Virus record (IMG/VR): IMGVR_UViG_3300025141_000072
Span: 2,040-66,039 of that record
Origin: a virus
Lineage: Duplodnaviria; Caudoviricetes
Reading direction: 5' to 3' (one strand)
DNA length: 64,000 nucleotides
Shown: in pieces, positions 18,218 through 28,282 of the stretch
Layout: each line of letters begins with the position of its first letter
Position numbering within the stretch: position 1 is the first letter of the stretch
Program-made: the position numbers and the translations under genes
The notes under the pieces: model-generated
What the model was told of the DNA's origin: nothing
Seen by the model: the letters and a program-made list of their open reading frames with translations, nothing else
Database searches by the model: none

Positions 18218-18556
18218 CTAGTCCATCCAGTCGTCGGGACCGCCGTCGTCGTCCGGGTCGTACTCCGGACCGTCGGCGTCGTCGGCCCACTGCGTCTCGG
18301 CGTGCTCGTAGCAGGCGTCCAACAGGTCCGCGTCCCCGTACAAGGCGTCCATATCGGCGCGCGACGTAACCCACGGCCGATCGATGCGCGCTGCCGACAG
18401 CACGTCGACCTCGCCGCCCTCCGGCGGATAGCAGCGCTCGATAGGTCCGGTAACGCAGCCCGGGTCGCCCGGCGTCGCCGTGAACTCGACCCGCCACGTG
18501 GCCACGACGCCGCCGTCCTCGTCGAACTGGTGGCAGTCGAACGTGAACTCGGTCAT
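18218..18556 (-). CDS. acidic hypothetical protein
   Basis: PG..TGP.E.CYPPEGGEV; ATGA overlap, RBS GAGG. Confidence 0.65.
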   Translation of the reverse strand: MTEFTFDCHQFDEDGGVVATWRVEFTATPGDPGCVTGPIERCYPPEGGEVDVLSAARIDRPWVTSRADMDALYGDADLLDACYEHAETQWADDADGPEYDPDDDGGPDDWMD

Positions 18557-19068
18557 CGCGTGCCTCCTCGCGACGCGCGCGCCGCGCACGTCGGGCCGCG
18601 ACCCGCGATGATCGACTCCGGCACGGTCAGCCACAGGTTGCAGTCGATGCACTGGCGAGCGAGGAACACCTCAAGCTGCGGAGGCACGCGCTGCTGCATG
18701 AGGTTCGACCAGAAGTACTGGAACGCCTTGTGCGCGACGGAGTCCTCATCCGGCGTCCCGCCCCACGGGTACTTGAACGTCGCGCCGTTGTAGTAGTACC
18801 GCCGCTCGAAGATCAGGCCCAGCCTCACGTAGTCGGCCGAGTTGTTGGAGCCGTACAGCGTGCGGACCATGTGCACCGAGCGCTGGTCATCCTTGACCGG
18901 CTCGGCCAGCACTTCGTACGTGCGGCGCGCCTCGGTCTTCTTCGACCGCAGCGTCAGCCGGACGTGGCCACCGAGCACGATGTCGGCCAGCTGGTCCACG
19001 TCGAACTGTTCGGCGTCGAACTGCGCCGGTCCGAGCACGCCTGGCACCACGGGCACGTGCTCGATCAT
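18553..19068 (-). CDS. DUF6011-like zinc-finger protein
   Basis: C-terminal CIDCNLWLTVPESIIAGRGPTC. Confidence 0.7.
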   Translation of the reverse strand: MIEHVPVVPGVLGPAQFDAEQFDVDQLADIVLGGHVRLTLRSKKTEARRTYEVLAEPVKDDQRSVHMVRTLYGSNNSADYVRLGLIFERRYYYNGATFKYPWGGTPDEDSVAHKAFQYFWSNLMQQRVPPQLEVFLARQCIDCNLWLTVPESIIAGRGPTCAARASRGGTR

Positions 19069-19397
19069 GAGCGGTACACCCCGCACACGGTCGTGCTCAC
19101 GATGTCGACGTCGTACCCGTCCAGCAGGTCCGAGACGCGCGCGACGATGTCGAGCTCGTCATGGTACCCGGACTGCCACGGCGGCCAGCAGCCGTCCGAT
19201 GCCTCCGTGTAGATGGTGACCAGCGCGCCGTTACTGTCGCCGTGCGGATCACCCACGACCACGTGCTCGTGCACGAGCAGTCGCGTCGCCCGGGCAAGCG
19301 GGGCGTTCCTCGCATCACGCACCCAGCCAGCTCGCGGCACCGCCGCGCAGATGGCCAGCGCAACGTCGATTGCGCGCGGACGCACGGAGCTGCTCAC
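19065..19397 (-). CDS. hypothetical protein
   Basis: GTGA overlap at 19394-19397. Confidence 0.5.
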   Translation of the reverse strand: MSSSVRPRAIDVALAICAAVPRAGWVRDARNAPLARATRLLVHEHVVVGDPHGDSNGALVTIYTEASDGCWPPWQSGYHDELDIVARVSDLLDGYDVDIVSTTVCGVYRS

Positions 19398-19819
19398 GAG
19401 CCACACCCGTACTTGTCCTGCAATCGAGCCAGCTCGCTCAGATCCACCGCGCGCGCGTCCGCCTCGGCTGCAGCGCGCAGCTTCTCGCGCCAACCACCAG
19501 CATCGAGCCAACGCAGGAACGAGCGCTCGACGTCCGAGTACGAGTGCGTCGGGTCGCCGTAGCACGGCCACCGCAGCACGTGCTCGACCCACGAGACGTG
19601 CGAGACGGGGCCAGCGAACCAGAAGTCCCAGAACCCACCGCGGTCGTAGTGGGCGATGTGCCCGAACGTCTGCGACAGGCGCCGGTACAGCGTCATGGTG
19701 AACAAGCGCTGCTCGAACCCGGACTCGACGAAGCGAACCAGCGCCGTGTGGAACCGGTGCTTGTCGGCCGTCGAGCAGAACGCCGTGGCCACGAACGTGT
19801 CCGCGCGAGGCGTGCTCAT
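19394..19819 (-). CDS. conserved hypothetical protein (FGHIAHYD type)
   Basis: LYRRLSQTFGHIAHYDRGGFWDFWF...YGDP...SDVER. Confidence 0.7.
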   Translation of the reverse strand: MSTPRADTFVATAFCSTADKHRFHTALVRFVESGFEQRLFTMTLYRRLSQTFGHIAHYDRGGFWDFWFAGPVSHVSWVEHVLRWPCYGDPTHSYSDVERSFLRWLDAGGWREKLRAAAEADARAVDLSELARLQDKYGCGS

Positions 19820-20145
19820 GCGCAGTGCCTACAAGGCGACGGATGGTCGAGACGCGGCTCCACCGTCCCATACGTCTCAGTGAGCGTGCCCAGGTCGCGC
19901 AGCGCCGACTCGATCGACTCGGCGTCCATCCACCCGACCGTGAGCGACTCGACCACGGCCCCGTCGGACTCGCGGATCACGACGAACTCGGCTGCGCCGT
20001 CCTCGCTGAACGCGTCGTTCAGGAGCAGGTGCCCGGCGTGCCGGAACCCGACACACAGGCACCACGAGTGCGCCACGAGCTTCGCAGCCAGCTCCGCAGC
20101 ATCCGCGACGTTCGCCACGTCGAACACCCGTCTTGTGTGCATCAT
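19816..20145 (-). CDS. conserved hypothetical protein
   Basis: WCLCVGF, LNDAFSEDGAAEF, VESLT, C-terminal H..CxxC. Confidence 0.7.
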   Translation of the reverse strand: MMHTRRVFDVANVADAAELAAKLVAHSWCLCVGFRHAGHLLLNDAFSEDGAAEFVVIRESDGAVVESLTVGWMDAESIESALRDLGTLTETYGTVEPRLDHPSPCRHCA

Positions 20146-20147
20146 GG

Positions 20148-20366
20148 CTAAGCCGTCACCTCGATGCGCACCGCGCACTCGAGCCGGGCCGCCATGGCCC
20201 TCGCCGCCTTGGCCTGGCGGCGGAACTGTTCGCTGAGGCTGCCCATATCAGGCCCGAGGGCGAGCCTGTTGTACTCGTCGGCCGCTACGGCCAACGCATG
20301 GATGAGCGTCCAGCGCTCATCCTCGGTCAGCGCGCAAGGCGCCTTCGTCATTGTTGTGTCAGTCAT
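20148..20366 (-). CDS. hypothetical protein
   Basis: ATG 20366 after GAAGGA. Confidence 0.55.
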   Translation of the reverse strand: MTDTTMTKAPCALTEDERWTLIHALAVAADEYNRLALGPDMGSLSEQFRRQAKAARAMAARLECAVRIEVTA

Positions 20367-20438
20367 GCTTCCTTCAATCTGCCCTTGCGGGCGGGTACAC
20401 GCGGACGGACCGCGCGTCATTGTGCGAGCGCTCCGGGC

Positions 20439-20768
20439 CTAGCCCGTGCCCTCGCCGTCGATCGGTTCCAAGGTGAACGCCGTCAAGAAGTACCGATCCC
20501 ACTTCTTGTAGATCAGCGCGTTGCGCGGCCCGCTCACGCACCAGCCGCATCGGCCCGCCGGCGTGTCATGGGCCACGGTGCTGCGTGGCGCCTTGCCGAG
20601 CACGTGCCAGCCGTGCGTGTCGTGCGCCACACGACGAGCAGCTTCCGCGGTGGTCACGGGCTTGCCGTCATCGCCGACGAGCAGGATCAGCTCGCCACAG
20701 GCCACGAAGCGCAGCACGCTGTAGTCGTCGCGCCGCGCACGTCGACCGCCGCTCTTCTTCGCCGTCAT
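20439..20768 (-). CDS. hypothetical protein
   Basis: ATGA overlap. Confidence 0.55.
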   Translation of the reverse strand: MTAKKSGGRRARRDDYSVLRFVACGELILLVGDDGKPVTTAEAARRVAHDTHGWHVLGKAPRSTVAHDTPAGRCGWCVSGPRNALIYKKWDRYFLTAFTLEPIDGEGTG

Positions 20769-21247
20769 GACACGGCTCCCGGGAGCAGCGCGAGCAGCGC
20801 AGAAGGCACAGGCACCGTGACCTCGGCGGGCACCGTCGTTGGGCCCACCACGGTGTGCGTTCCGTCCACCGCGTAGCAGTGCCACACGTGCAGCTGCCCG
20901 TGCTCGACGTCCGGGTCGATGCGGTCATTCGGGTACGGCTCGTACGCGAGCTCCTCAACGTCCTCGGGGTTGCTGGTGTCGAAAAGGTCACGCCACGTGC
21001 GGCGCCGCCTGGCCACGACGGCCTCGAGCGACGTCACGCTATCCGGGTCCTCGAACTGCGGCTCCCAACGGTGGCCGCAGCACTGGCACGACGTCGTGTA
21101 GAAGTAGAACCCCAACGCACGGAACCGCTCGTCCGCGTCGTCGCTCGTGGTGGCCTGGACCCAGACCTCCGAACCGCTGCGCCCGTCCACGATCATCCCG
21201 TCAGAACCTGTGGGGTTCTGGTCGTAGCGATACCAAGCCGTCGTCAT
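20765..21247 (-). CDS. conserved phage hypothetical protein
   Basis: WYRYDQN...YF...CQCCGHRW. Confidence 0.65.
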   Translation of the reverse strand: MTTAWYRYDQNPTGSDGMIVDGRSGSEVWVQATTSDDADERFRALGFYFYTTSCQCCGHRWEPQFEDPDSVTSLEAVVARRRRTWRDLFDTSNPEDVEELAYEPYPNDRIDPDVEHGQLHVWHCYAVDGTHTVVGPTTVPAEVTVPVPSALLALLPGAVS

Positions 21248-21591
21248 GACATGAACCTCTTCGCGAGGCGCACGATACCGCGCGCCGTCTCGCCGTCCTG
21301 CGCCACGGCCACGAGCACGCCGAGCAGCTCGACGGTCTCGACCACCGACAGCGGCTCGAACGGCTTGGTGGTCATCGCCCGCCACCCAGCGGCGTGCGCG
21401 CTGCCACGACCCTCGTGGTCGTCGCACACCTCGATGATGTACGACTTGCGGCCGTAGCGCGTGCCGGCCCCGGCGTGCAGGTCCTTGGTCGGATCCCGCA
21501 TCGACAGGTCCGCAGCGCACACCTCGTCGACCTCGAAGTCATTGAGCGGGCGCAGCCCGATGCAGCCACACGAGTACTTGACCAGCTCCAT
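21244..21591 (-). CDS. hypothetical protein
   Basis: KYSCGCIG; RBS GGAGG. Confidence 0.6.
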   Translation of the reverse strand: MELVKYSCGCIGLRPLNDFEVDEVCAADLSMRDPTKDLHAGAGTRYGRKSYIIEVCDDHEGRGSAHAAGWRAMTTKPFEPLSVVETVELLGVLVAVAQDGETARGIVRLAKRFMS

Positions 21592-21593
21592 AG

Positions 21594-21758
21594 CTACTGC
21601 ACCTCCACGACGGTCGGCGCGAACTCACACACGCTGCACGACACGGCCACAGCCTCGGCCTCGACGGCGTCTGCCCAGACCACGGCCGAGCCGTACACGA
21701 GCCCGTAGCCGAGCATCGACAGCACCACCAGCCAGGCCAGGTCCTGCAGCACGCGCAT
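21594..21758 (-). CDS. small membrane protein (not in ORF track)
   Basis: MRVLQDLAWLVVLSMLGYGLVYGSAVVW...; TGATG overlap with radC stop. Confidence 0.5.
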   Translation of the reverse strand: MRVLQDLAWLVVLSMLGYGLVYGSAVVWADAVEAEAVAVSCSVCEFAPTVVEVQ

Positions 21759-22195
21759 CAGGTGATGCTCCGCGCGTCGTCCGGCGTGAACACCAGCGAG
21801 TCCACCAAGGGCACGCCGAGCAGCGTACCGGCCTCGGCCAGCCGTGCCGTGATCGCGAGGTCCTCGTCGGACGGCGTCGTGTCACCGCTCGGGTGGTTGT
21901 GCGCCACGATGATCTGCGCGGCGAACGCCTTGAGCGCTGGCGCGAACACCTCCCGCGGATGCAGGAGGCACGAGTTCAGCGTCCCAGTGGCCACGACGTC
22001 GAAGCCGATGAGGCGACAGCGCGTGTCGAGGTACAGCGCCAAGAAGCTCTCCTTGGCCCACGACAGCTTCCGCTTGTCCATGATCGCGCGACACGCCGCC
22101 GCAGCCACGTCAGCGTCCGTGATCTTCTCCGACGGGTCACGGTCCGCGACGATGGACACCGTCACGGTGCGCAGCTTCATCTTGTAGCGCATCAC
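21758..22195 (-). CDS. radC: RadC-like JAB/MPN domain protein
   Basis: ESFLALYLD, HPREVF, AHNHPSGD..PS.ED, LLGVPLVD. Confidence 0.92.
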   Translation of the reverse strand: MMRYKMKLRTVTVSIVADRDPSEKITDADVAAAACRAIMDKRKLSWAKESFLALYLDTRCRLIGFDVVATGTLNSCLLHPREVFAPALKAFAAQIIVAHNHPSGDTTPSDEDLAITARLAEAGTLLGVPLVDSLVFTPDDARSIT

Positions 22196-22785
22196 AGCAC
22201 GCGCCTCACAGACTCGGCGAACCGCGAGTGCGGCGAGCCCGGCGTCCAGTCGGGCGCCTGTGGGATCGGCCCGGCGATCGTCCGGCTCGGGTTGAGCCAG
22301 ACGCCCGTACGGTCAGCGATCACGGCCGCCTCACCGACGGCCGCCACGGCCATGCCGGTGTCCGAGTACATCCGGTACACGAGCTGGCAGCAGCCCGCGC
22401 CAGTACGCGCGACCCACATGCTACAGCCCCTCCCGGTACACGAAGCGGCCCGCGACCAGGTCCTCCGACGTCTCGGCGACGGCGAACTTGGTGCAGTACG
22501 TCCGCGCTCGCACGAGCTCGACGGCGTCCGCAGGCGTAGGCGCCTTTGCACGACGCACACGGAACACAGACGAGGTCGACAAGTCGCGGCGCTTTGGCGC
22601 CTGCCCGGCCACGAACCACACGGCAGTGCCGCCGCTCACGAGAGACGAAGCCTCATGCCCGTACGCAGCATCGGCAGCACGAGCCACCGGTGCCAGCGGG
22701 ACCGACGAGGCAGCGCACGACTCAGCTCCAAGCCGAGATCGTGCAACGCCACACCGACCACACGCGCGATCCGGCGACGCATGGG

Positions 22786-23052
22786 CTACGACTCCTCCGG
22801 CGGCAGGTGCGACCAGATGTCTTCGATGAGCACGTCGTCCTCGCTGTAGAGTACGGGCACCTCATACCGATCGCCGTAGTTGCCGGTCACGACGTGGTAG
22901 TCATGCAACTCGGTCCACCCCGACGGGCGGAACTCGACCGTGCAGTCGTAGTAGCTCGTCCGCCAACAGCGCGTGCTGTCTCCGTCTGCGGTGAAGCAGC
23001 GGAAGACGCGGACCTCGGCATCGTACGCTTCGGCCACGACCTGGGCGGTCAT
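22786..23052 (-). CDS. hypothetical protein
   Basis: ATG 23052 after GGAGGAG. Confidence 0.5.
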   Translation of the reverse strand: MTAQVVAEAYDAEVRVFRCFTADGDSTRCWRTSYYDCTVEFRPSGWTELHDYHVVTGNYGDRYEVPVLYSEDDVLIEDIWSHLPPEES

Positions 23053-23250
23053 GCTACGACTCCTCCGTCGGCACGTGCGCAGCGAACACGCGAGCGAACG
23101 CAGCTTGCTGAGCAGCCCGGCGCTCACGCACGTCGGACGCGACGGCGTCCTGCACCACCACGTGCTCGCTGCCGCGCACACGAGTGCGCGTGCCCGAGCC
23201 GACCACGGCCTTGCGCTTCGCCCAGCGGGCGGCGCGATCGCGACGAGTCG

Positions 23251-23475
23251 TCACTGCGACGACCTCAGCTCACGCGCCACGTCGTGCGCAGCGTTCGACG
23301 CCGTGTCGTAGTCGACACCATCGGCCACGAGCTGGCCCTGCTCGGCCACGCCCGCGCGCAGCTCCGCATCGGCCACGTGGCCAGCCGGCCACACGTGCAC
23401 GTGCACCTCGCCGGTGACGTCGTACACGACCGCGGACGTCCACTGGCCGTCGAACACGTCGACGCCGCCGCTCAC
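23251..23475 (-). CDS. hypothetical protein
   Basis: GTGA overlaps at both ends. Confidence 0.5.
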   Translation of the reverse strand: MSGGVDVFDGQWTSAVVYDVTGEVHVHVWPAGHVADAELRAGVAEQGQLVADGVDYDTASNAAHDVARELRSSQ

Positions 23476-23692
23476 AGCAGCACCGCCTTGCGGTCGAGGA
23501 CCACCGGCCCCAGCCCGAACAGCATCGGGCGCTCGCGCACCACGTGGCCCCCGTCGGGGAGCCGGAACGTGGCCACGTCGGCCCCGTTCCGGTGGTGCCG
23601 GCTCACCAGCACCGCGCCGGGCTCCAGGCCGAACATCGCGGCCACGCTGCGCTGCGCGCGCTGCTTGCGCGCGCGTCGTCGCGCGTTGCCGT

Positions 23693-24589
23693 TCATCGCG
23701 ACACCTTCACGCCGAAGTCGAGGGCCAACGCCTCGAGCGCCGTCCGCTCGAACTCGCGGCGCTCGGCCTTCTCGGCCGCGAGCCGCTTGGCCTCGGCGCG
23801 GGCGGCCTTGGCCTCGGCGCGACGCGCGCCGTCGACCAACGCCTGGGCCTTGCGACCCAGCTCCGCGGCCTCGCGGAGCAGCGCGACCTTCTGGTCGCGC
23901 CGGGTGCGACCCAGCCGGGCCTTGGCCCGGAGCTGGACCGCCTTGGCCCGCAGTTCCTTGACCGCGGCCGTCCGCTCCTCCACGGCCTCGGCGCAGTGGT
24001 CGGCCCACTGCTCCTGCCGCGCCTTGCGGCTTGCGGCCTCGGCCGCCTGGGCGGCCAGCGCGCGGGCCTCGTCGCTCGCGTCGGCCACGATGCTCGCGAC
24101 CTCGACCTCGCGCTCGGCGATGTCCCGGAGCTCAGCAGCCCCGGGCGCATCCGGCCCGGTCAACGGCGTGTCCAACGCCCGACGGACCGCCTCGACATCC
24201 CCGGCGGCCTTGAACCGGCCACCGGCCCCGCGGCCAGCGACCTGGCCAAAGGCCACGGCCGCAGCATGGCCGATCTGCCGGTCCGCCTCGGCGCGGACGG
24301 CCTGCTTCGCGCCGTCCAACGCAGCGAGGTCGCCCTTCGCCTCGGCCACGAACGAGCGCATCTCGCTCGTGGCCGCCTTGGCCTCCGCGACTTCAGCAGC
24401 GAGCGGGGCGATGTCGCCCCGCGCCGCCGCGGCTCGCGCCTTCAGCGCCCCCAAGGGGAATGAGGACTCGCGAACCTTGCGTGCTTCGTCGCGCTGCTGG
24501 CGCCGTTCGGCGCTCTCGCGTCGAGCGCTCTCACGCTCAGCGCGACGGTCGCCGCGCGCCGTCTTCCGGCCATTCTTCTTGCGTGCCAT
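23693..24589 (-). CDS. Ala/Arg-rich coiled-coil protein
   Basis: ATG 24589 after GGAGGT; long heptad-like helix. Confidence 0.7.
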   Translation of the reverse strand: MARKKNGRKTARGDRRAERESARRESAERRQQRDEARKVRESSFPLGALKARAAAARGDIAPLAAEVAEAKAATSEMRSFVAEAKGDLAALDGAKQAVRAEADRQIGHAAAVAFGQVAGRGAGGRFKAAGDVEAVRRALDTPLTGPDAPGAAELRDIAEREVEVASIVADASDEARALAAQAAEAASRKARQEQWADHCAEAVEERTAAVKELRAKAVQLRAKARLGRTRRDQKVALLREAAELGRKAQALVDGARRAEAKAARAEAKRLAAEKAERREFERTALEALALDFGVKVSR

Positions 24590-24808
24590 GGTGGCACCTC
24601 CGTTGTGGGGCAAAGCCCCGGTGATGTTTGTCCGCTGGGAGCGAGGTCACCGCGTGCGGACTCGACGCGGTGACCATGACGGCAGGACTGCCGCCCACGT
24701 GTGCTCACGAGTGCATGCTGCACTCATGCCCACACGTGGACAGCGCCACCGACAGCGTGAGCTGCCGATGGCGCGTCCCTTGGCTACGACAGTCGGACTA
24801 GGCGGGAC

Positions 24809-25006
24809 CTAGGCGGTGAGGCGCTCGGCCAGCGCCACGACCTTCTTGTTGAGGTTGCGGCACTCGGCGGGCGTGCGCGCCCCGTACGAGGCGACCTGCG
24901 TAGTGCCGTCGAACACCTGGATCCAGCGGCCGTGGGTGCGCAGGCCGAAGCCGTAGCCGGTGGCGGTGCTGTCGAGGTTGTACTTCTTGATGATGTAGGA
25001 CGCCAT
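24809..25006 (-). CDS. small hypothetical protein
   Basis: MASYIIKKYNL; RBS AAAGGGAG. Confidence 0.65.
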   Translation of the reverse strand: MASYIIKKYNLDSTATGYGFGLRTHGRWIQVFDGTTQVASYGARTPAECRNLNKKVVALAERLTA

Positions 25007-26020
25007 GGTTGGCTCCCTTTCTGGGGCTACTCGCCCCGGTGATCGACCCACCGAAATGGCAGGTCGAAAGCGTGAAGTTGTAGGTGGTAGGCCCAGCGAG
25101 CCGGGCTTAGCGCGCGTCAGTTAGCGGGCGCTCTCGGCCCCGACGCCCGCGCGCCCTCGGCCCCAGCTTGCGCTGTCCAGGGCGAGCCCGTACTCGTCGA
25201 GCAGGCTGGCCAGCCCATCCGGGCAGGCGTCCGCGTCGAGCGGGGCGTCGGCGCTGTGTCGGTGCGGCGACGGCAGGACAGGCTCAAAACCTGCCGCCAC
25301 GCCCTCTCGTGCCTCGTGTGCGTCGTACATGACGGACACGGCTAGCGCCCCCTGGCCACGGGCCACAGCTCGGACAGTTCAACGGCCAGCTCGACGCGCT
25401 GGCCACGGTGGCGCTTGTCGAGGCGGACGGTCGCTTCGCCGTTCAGCCTGCGGACGGACGCGACGCGCCCCGTCCGCCCGTCGGCGAGCGCCACACGCTG
25501 GCCCCTGGCCACCGGCGCGGACCTTGTGCGGATCACACGACTCTCGGCCGTGCGGCTGGCCACGGCGTCGAGCTTGGCGAGCTCCGGCTCGAGGGGGCCA
25601 GCGTCCCACCCGGCCCCCTTGGCGGTGCGCGAGCCGCCACTGGCGCGAACGCGGACTTCACCAGTGGCGTTCGACAGCAACCGGCCACGAGGGTGGCGCG
25701 GACCCTCGGTCGGCTTCGGCCGGGCGCCGCGCTTGAAGGTCCACCCGGTGGACGGGTGGACCTGTGTCTCATTCCAGCGGCCACCGCTCATGCCGCGGCC
25801 TCGGCCTGTGCCTCGGCGATCAGCGCCGCGAACGGCGTCACGGCGGGCTCCGGCCGGTCGAACACGGTGTGCAACACGGCGTCGAAAGCCTCGAACGTCT
25901 CGGCCAGCACGACGGTCTCGCCCGGAGGCAGAGCCGCCGGCTTGGGCGTGATGTGGGAGCCGCACTCCGGCACGGGGGCCGGAGCGAGCAGCGCTATGCG
26001 GTGTGCGTAGTCAGCGAGGG

Positions 26021-26335
26021 TCATCGTGCGACTCCCGCGAAGACGCAGGCGGCGCGCAACGGCGCGTGCGTCTCGTGGTTCTCGGCCTGCAATCGACGAC
26101 GGGCGACCGGCCAGGTCGTCTGGTGGCACCACAGCGGCAGGGGCGCGAGTCCCTGCTCGCGCCGCCACTGATCGTAGGAGGCGGCGGACACGTGGCTGCG
26201 AAGCGCCACGGCCTCGGCCACGAGCGTGCGGTCCGCGTCGAACGCGCGGTCCGGACCGTTGGCTTTGATGTCGGCCAGCCACGGCTCTAGCCTGTCCGAG
26301 AAGGTCGGGCTCTTGTTGTTGATCCAGTCCATCAT
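26021..26335 (-). CDS. hypothetical protein
   Basis: MMDWINNKSPTFSDRLEPW; ATGA overlaps. Confidence 0.5.
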   Translation of the reverse strand: MMDWINNKSPTFSDRLEPWLADIKANGPDRAFDADRTLVAEAVALRSHVSAASYDQWRREQGLAPLPLWCHQTTWPVARRRLQAENHETHAPLRAACVFAGVAR

Positions 26336-27474
26336 CGAAGGATCCAATCTGGGGCGCGCTGGCCCCGGTGGCCACGAGCCGCTGGCTCGCGGGCGTGCGT
26401 GTGGGGGCTGGCCATCCTGGCCACTGGCCACGGGCCGCGCGCACGGGCACGCGGGTGGCCACAGGCAACGCGCACGGCCAGGGGTCGAACCTGGCCATCA
26501 CCTCCCCTCCAACGGGGCGTGCGCACGAACCGGCCAGTGGCCAGGGGCTCAGGCTTTGTACTTCTCTGAGCTGGTTCCCTGGCCACGAGCACGACGGCGC
26601 ACGAGCATGCGCGCGGGTGTCCGGGCTCCTACGCTCGGCCGGTCTCCCGGCCGCTGACGTCCGTGTCATTGCGAGCTACTGGTGAAGTCCGGCGGTTCCG
26701 ACTGGCGGAATCGCCGGGCCGCAGTCAGACGTCGCTGCGTACCCCGAACTGCGAACGCGCGCCCATGCCCTAGCATGGTGCGTCGTCTCGGTTCGTAAGG
26801 TGCGCCGCTCCCGGTTCCGGTTGGCCGGTCCCCCATGCTCGTTCGCGTATGGGTCGGAAGCGTTGCACCTCTACCGCAGTCAAGCGGCTGTCGCCCTAGC
26901 GCCGATGGCGCATGGTAAGGCGTGCCTATGCGGGTGTGACGGACAAGCGGACGGGATGCCGTCGGCTTGATGGTGTTGACCGTATCCGCAGTGATGCGCG
27001 CGCTAGCAGGCGCTAGCGCGGTGCGGTGTCGGTTCTCGTCGCGGGGTTGCGTGCCCTAGGCGCACGCAATGTGTCGCCCCGTACCTAGTTCTCCCGCGAA
27101 CCCAACGTCCGCGACCTTGCTTGCCATTTGTTCGGCGCGTTGCTCCTTGCTGCGCAGAAAAGCACGGACGGCTTGGCTCGGTCGGTTGTCGCTGGATTCG
27201 AGAACGGATGCCCATGGTCAGCCCCGGTGCACGTGCCGATCTGCAACGCGCGCAACGCCCGGGTCCTAGTGCATCGAATGTAAAAGAGCGTGATCGGCGC
27301 GTTCTGTGCGGCTACGGTGCACTGTGCTTTGCCCAAGGGTTCCGGTCGGCTTATGGTAGGGTCGGTTGTCCGAGTGACCTACCCGCGTCGGGGTTGGGCT
27401 AGGCGCGACAGAACGAGCAAGTGCGGGCGGTAGGTGCGACCCTACCGCCCGCGGTCCTGCGGTCCTGTCGCGCG

Positions 27475-28092
27475 CTAGGCGCTCGCCTGCGCGTCCGCCT
27501 TCGCCTTCGCCGCTTCCGCCTTCACCGTGGCGTTGCGCGCCTGCCTACCGGCGCTGCGTGCCTTGCGGCTGAGGCGCTTGTCGCCGGTCCGGTCCGCCTT
27601 GCTCTGAAGCGCCGACGCGCTACCCGCGAGACACTGGAGCATGCTCAGACACAGCGACACGCGCAGGCTGGTCAGCCGCTTGGCGACGTTGGTCGCCTTG
27701 GGCGTCTTGCCCGAGGTACCCGCCACGGTGATGACGTCGATCGACGCACCCGAGCGGAAGTAGAACGCCTTGCCGGGCTTGCCGGAGTACTCGCTGCGTG
27801 CGTCCTGCGCGTCCATGTCGCAGGCGCACACGCCGTACGTGCGGTCGAACCCGCCCTGCGCGACGGGGCGCACCTTGATCGACTTGGCGATCGAGATGAT
27901 CAGCCCCATGAGTACGTCCGCCCCGTCCGCGTCGTTCCGCGCCGCGATCTGGGCCCTCGTGACGGGCTTGTCGAGGACGGCGGACACGTCCGCGTCCGTG
28001 AACACGGCCAAGTCCAGGGTAGGGTTGAGCGGCGCGTCGGCGGTCCCGATGGCGCGGTCGGTCGTGGCGTTGGTGTTCTTGTTCGTGGTCAT
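27475..28092 (-). CDS. hypothetical early protein with basic C-terminus
   Basis: MTTNKNTNAT...; first gene of the leftward arm. Confidence 0.65.
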   Translation of the reverse strand: MTTNKNTNATTDRAIGTADAPLNPTLDLAVFTDADVSAVLDKPVTRAQIAARNDADGADVLMGLIISIAKSIKVRPVAQGGFDRTYGVCACDMDAQDARSEYSGKPGKAFYFRSGASIDVITVAGTSGKTPKATNVAKRLTSLRVSLCLSMLQCLAGSASALQSKADRTGDKRLSRKARSAGRQARNATVKAEAAKAKADAQASA

Positions 28093-28282
28093 GGTCGTTC
28101 CGATCTGCCCTGTGCGGGCGGTTTGCGTGCTACGGGCGGACCGCGCCGTGGGTCCGTATGACCCGCGGCGCGTCCGGTTTGTGTGTGTCCGTGCAAGCAC
28201 GTCTGTAGCGTAGCATATGGTGACATCGTTAGGCAAAGTCGCAACCCCTTGGAATCGTTGGGGAAATACGATAGTTTGAAAT

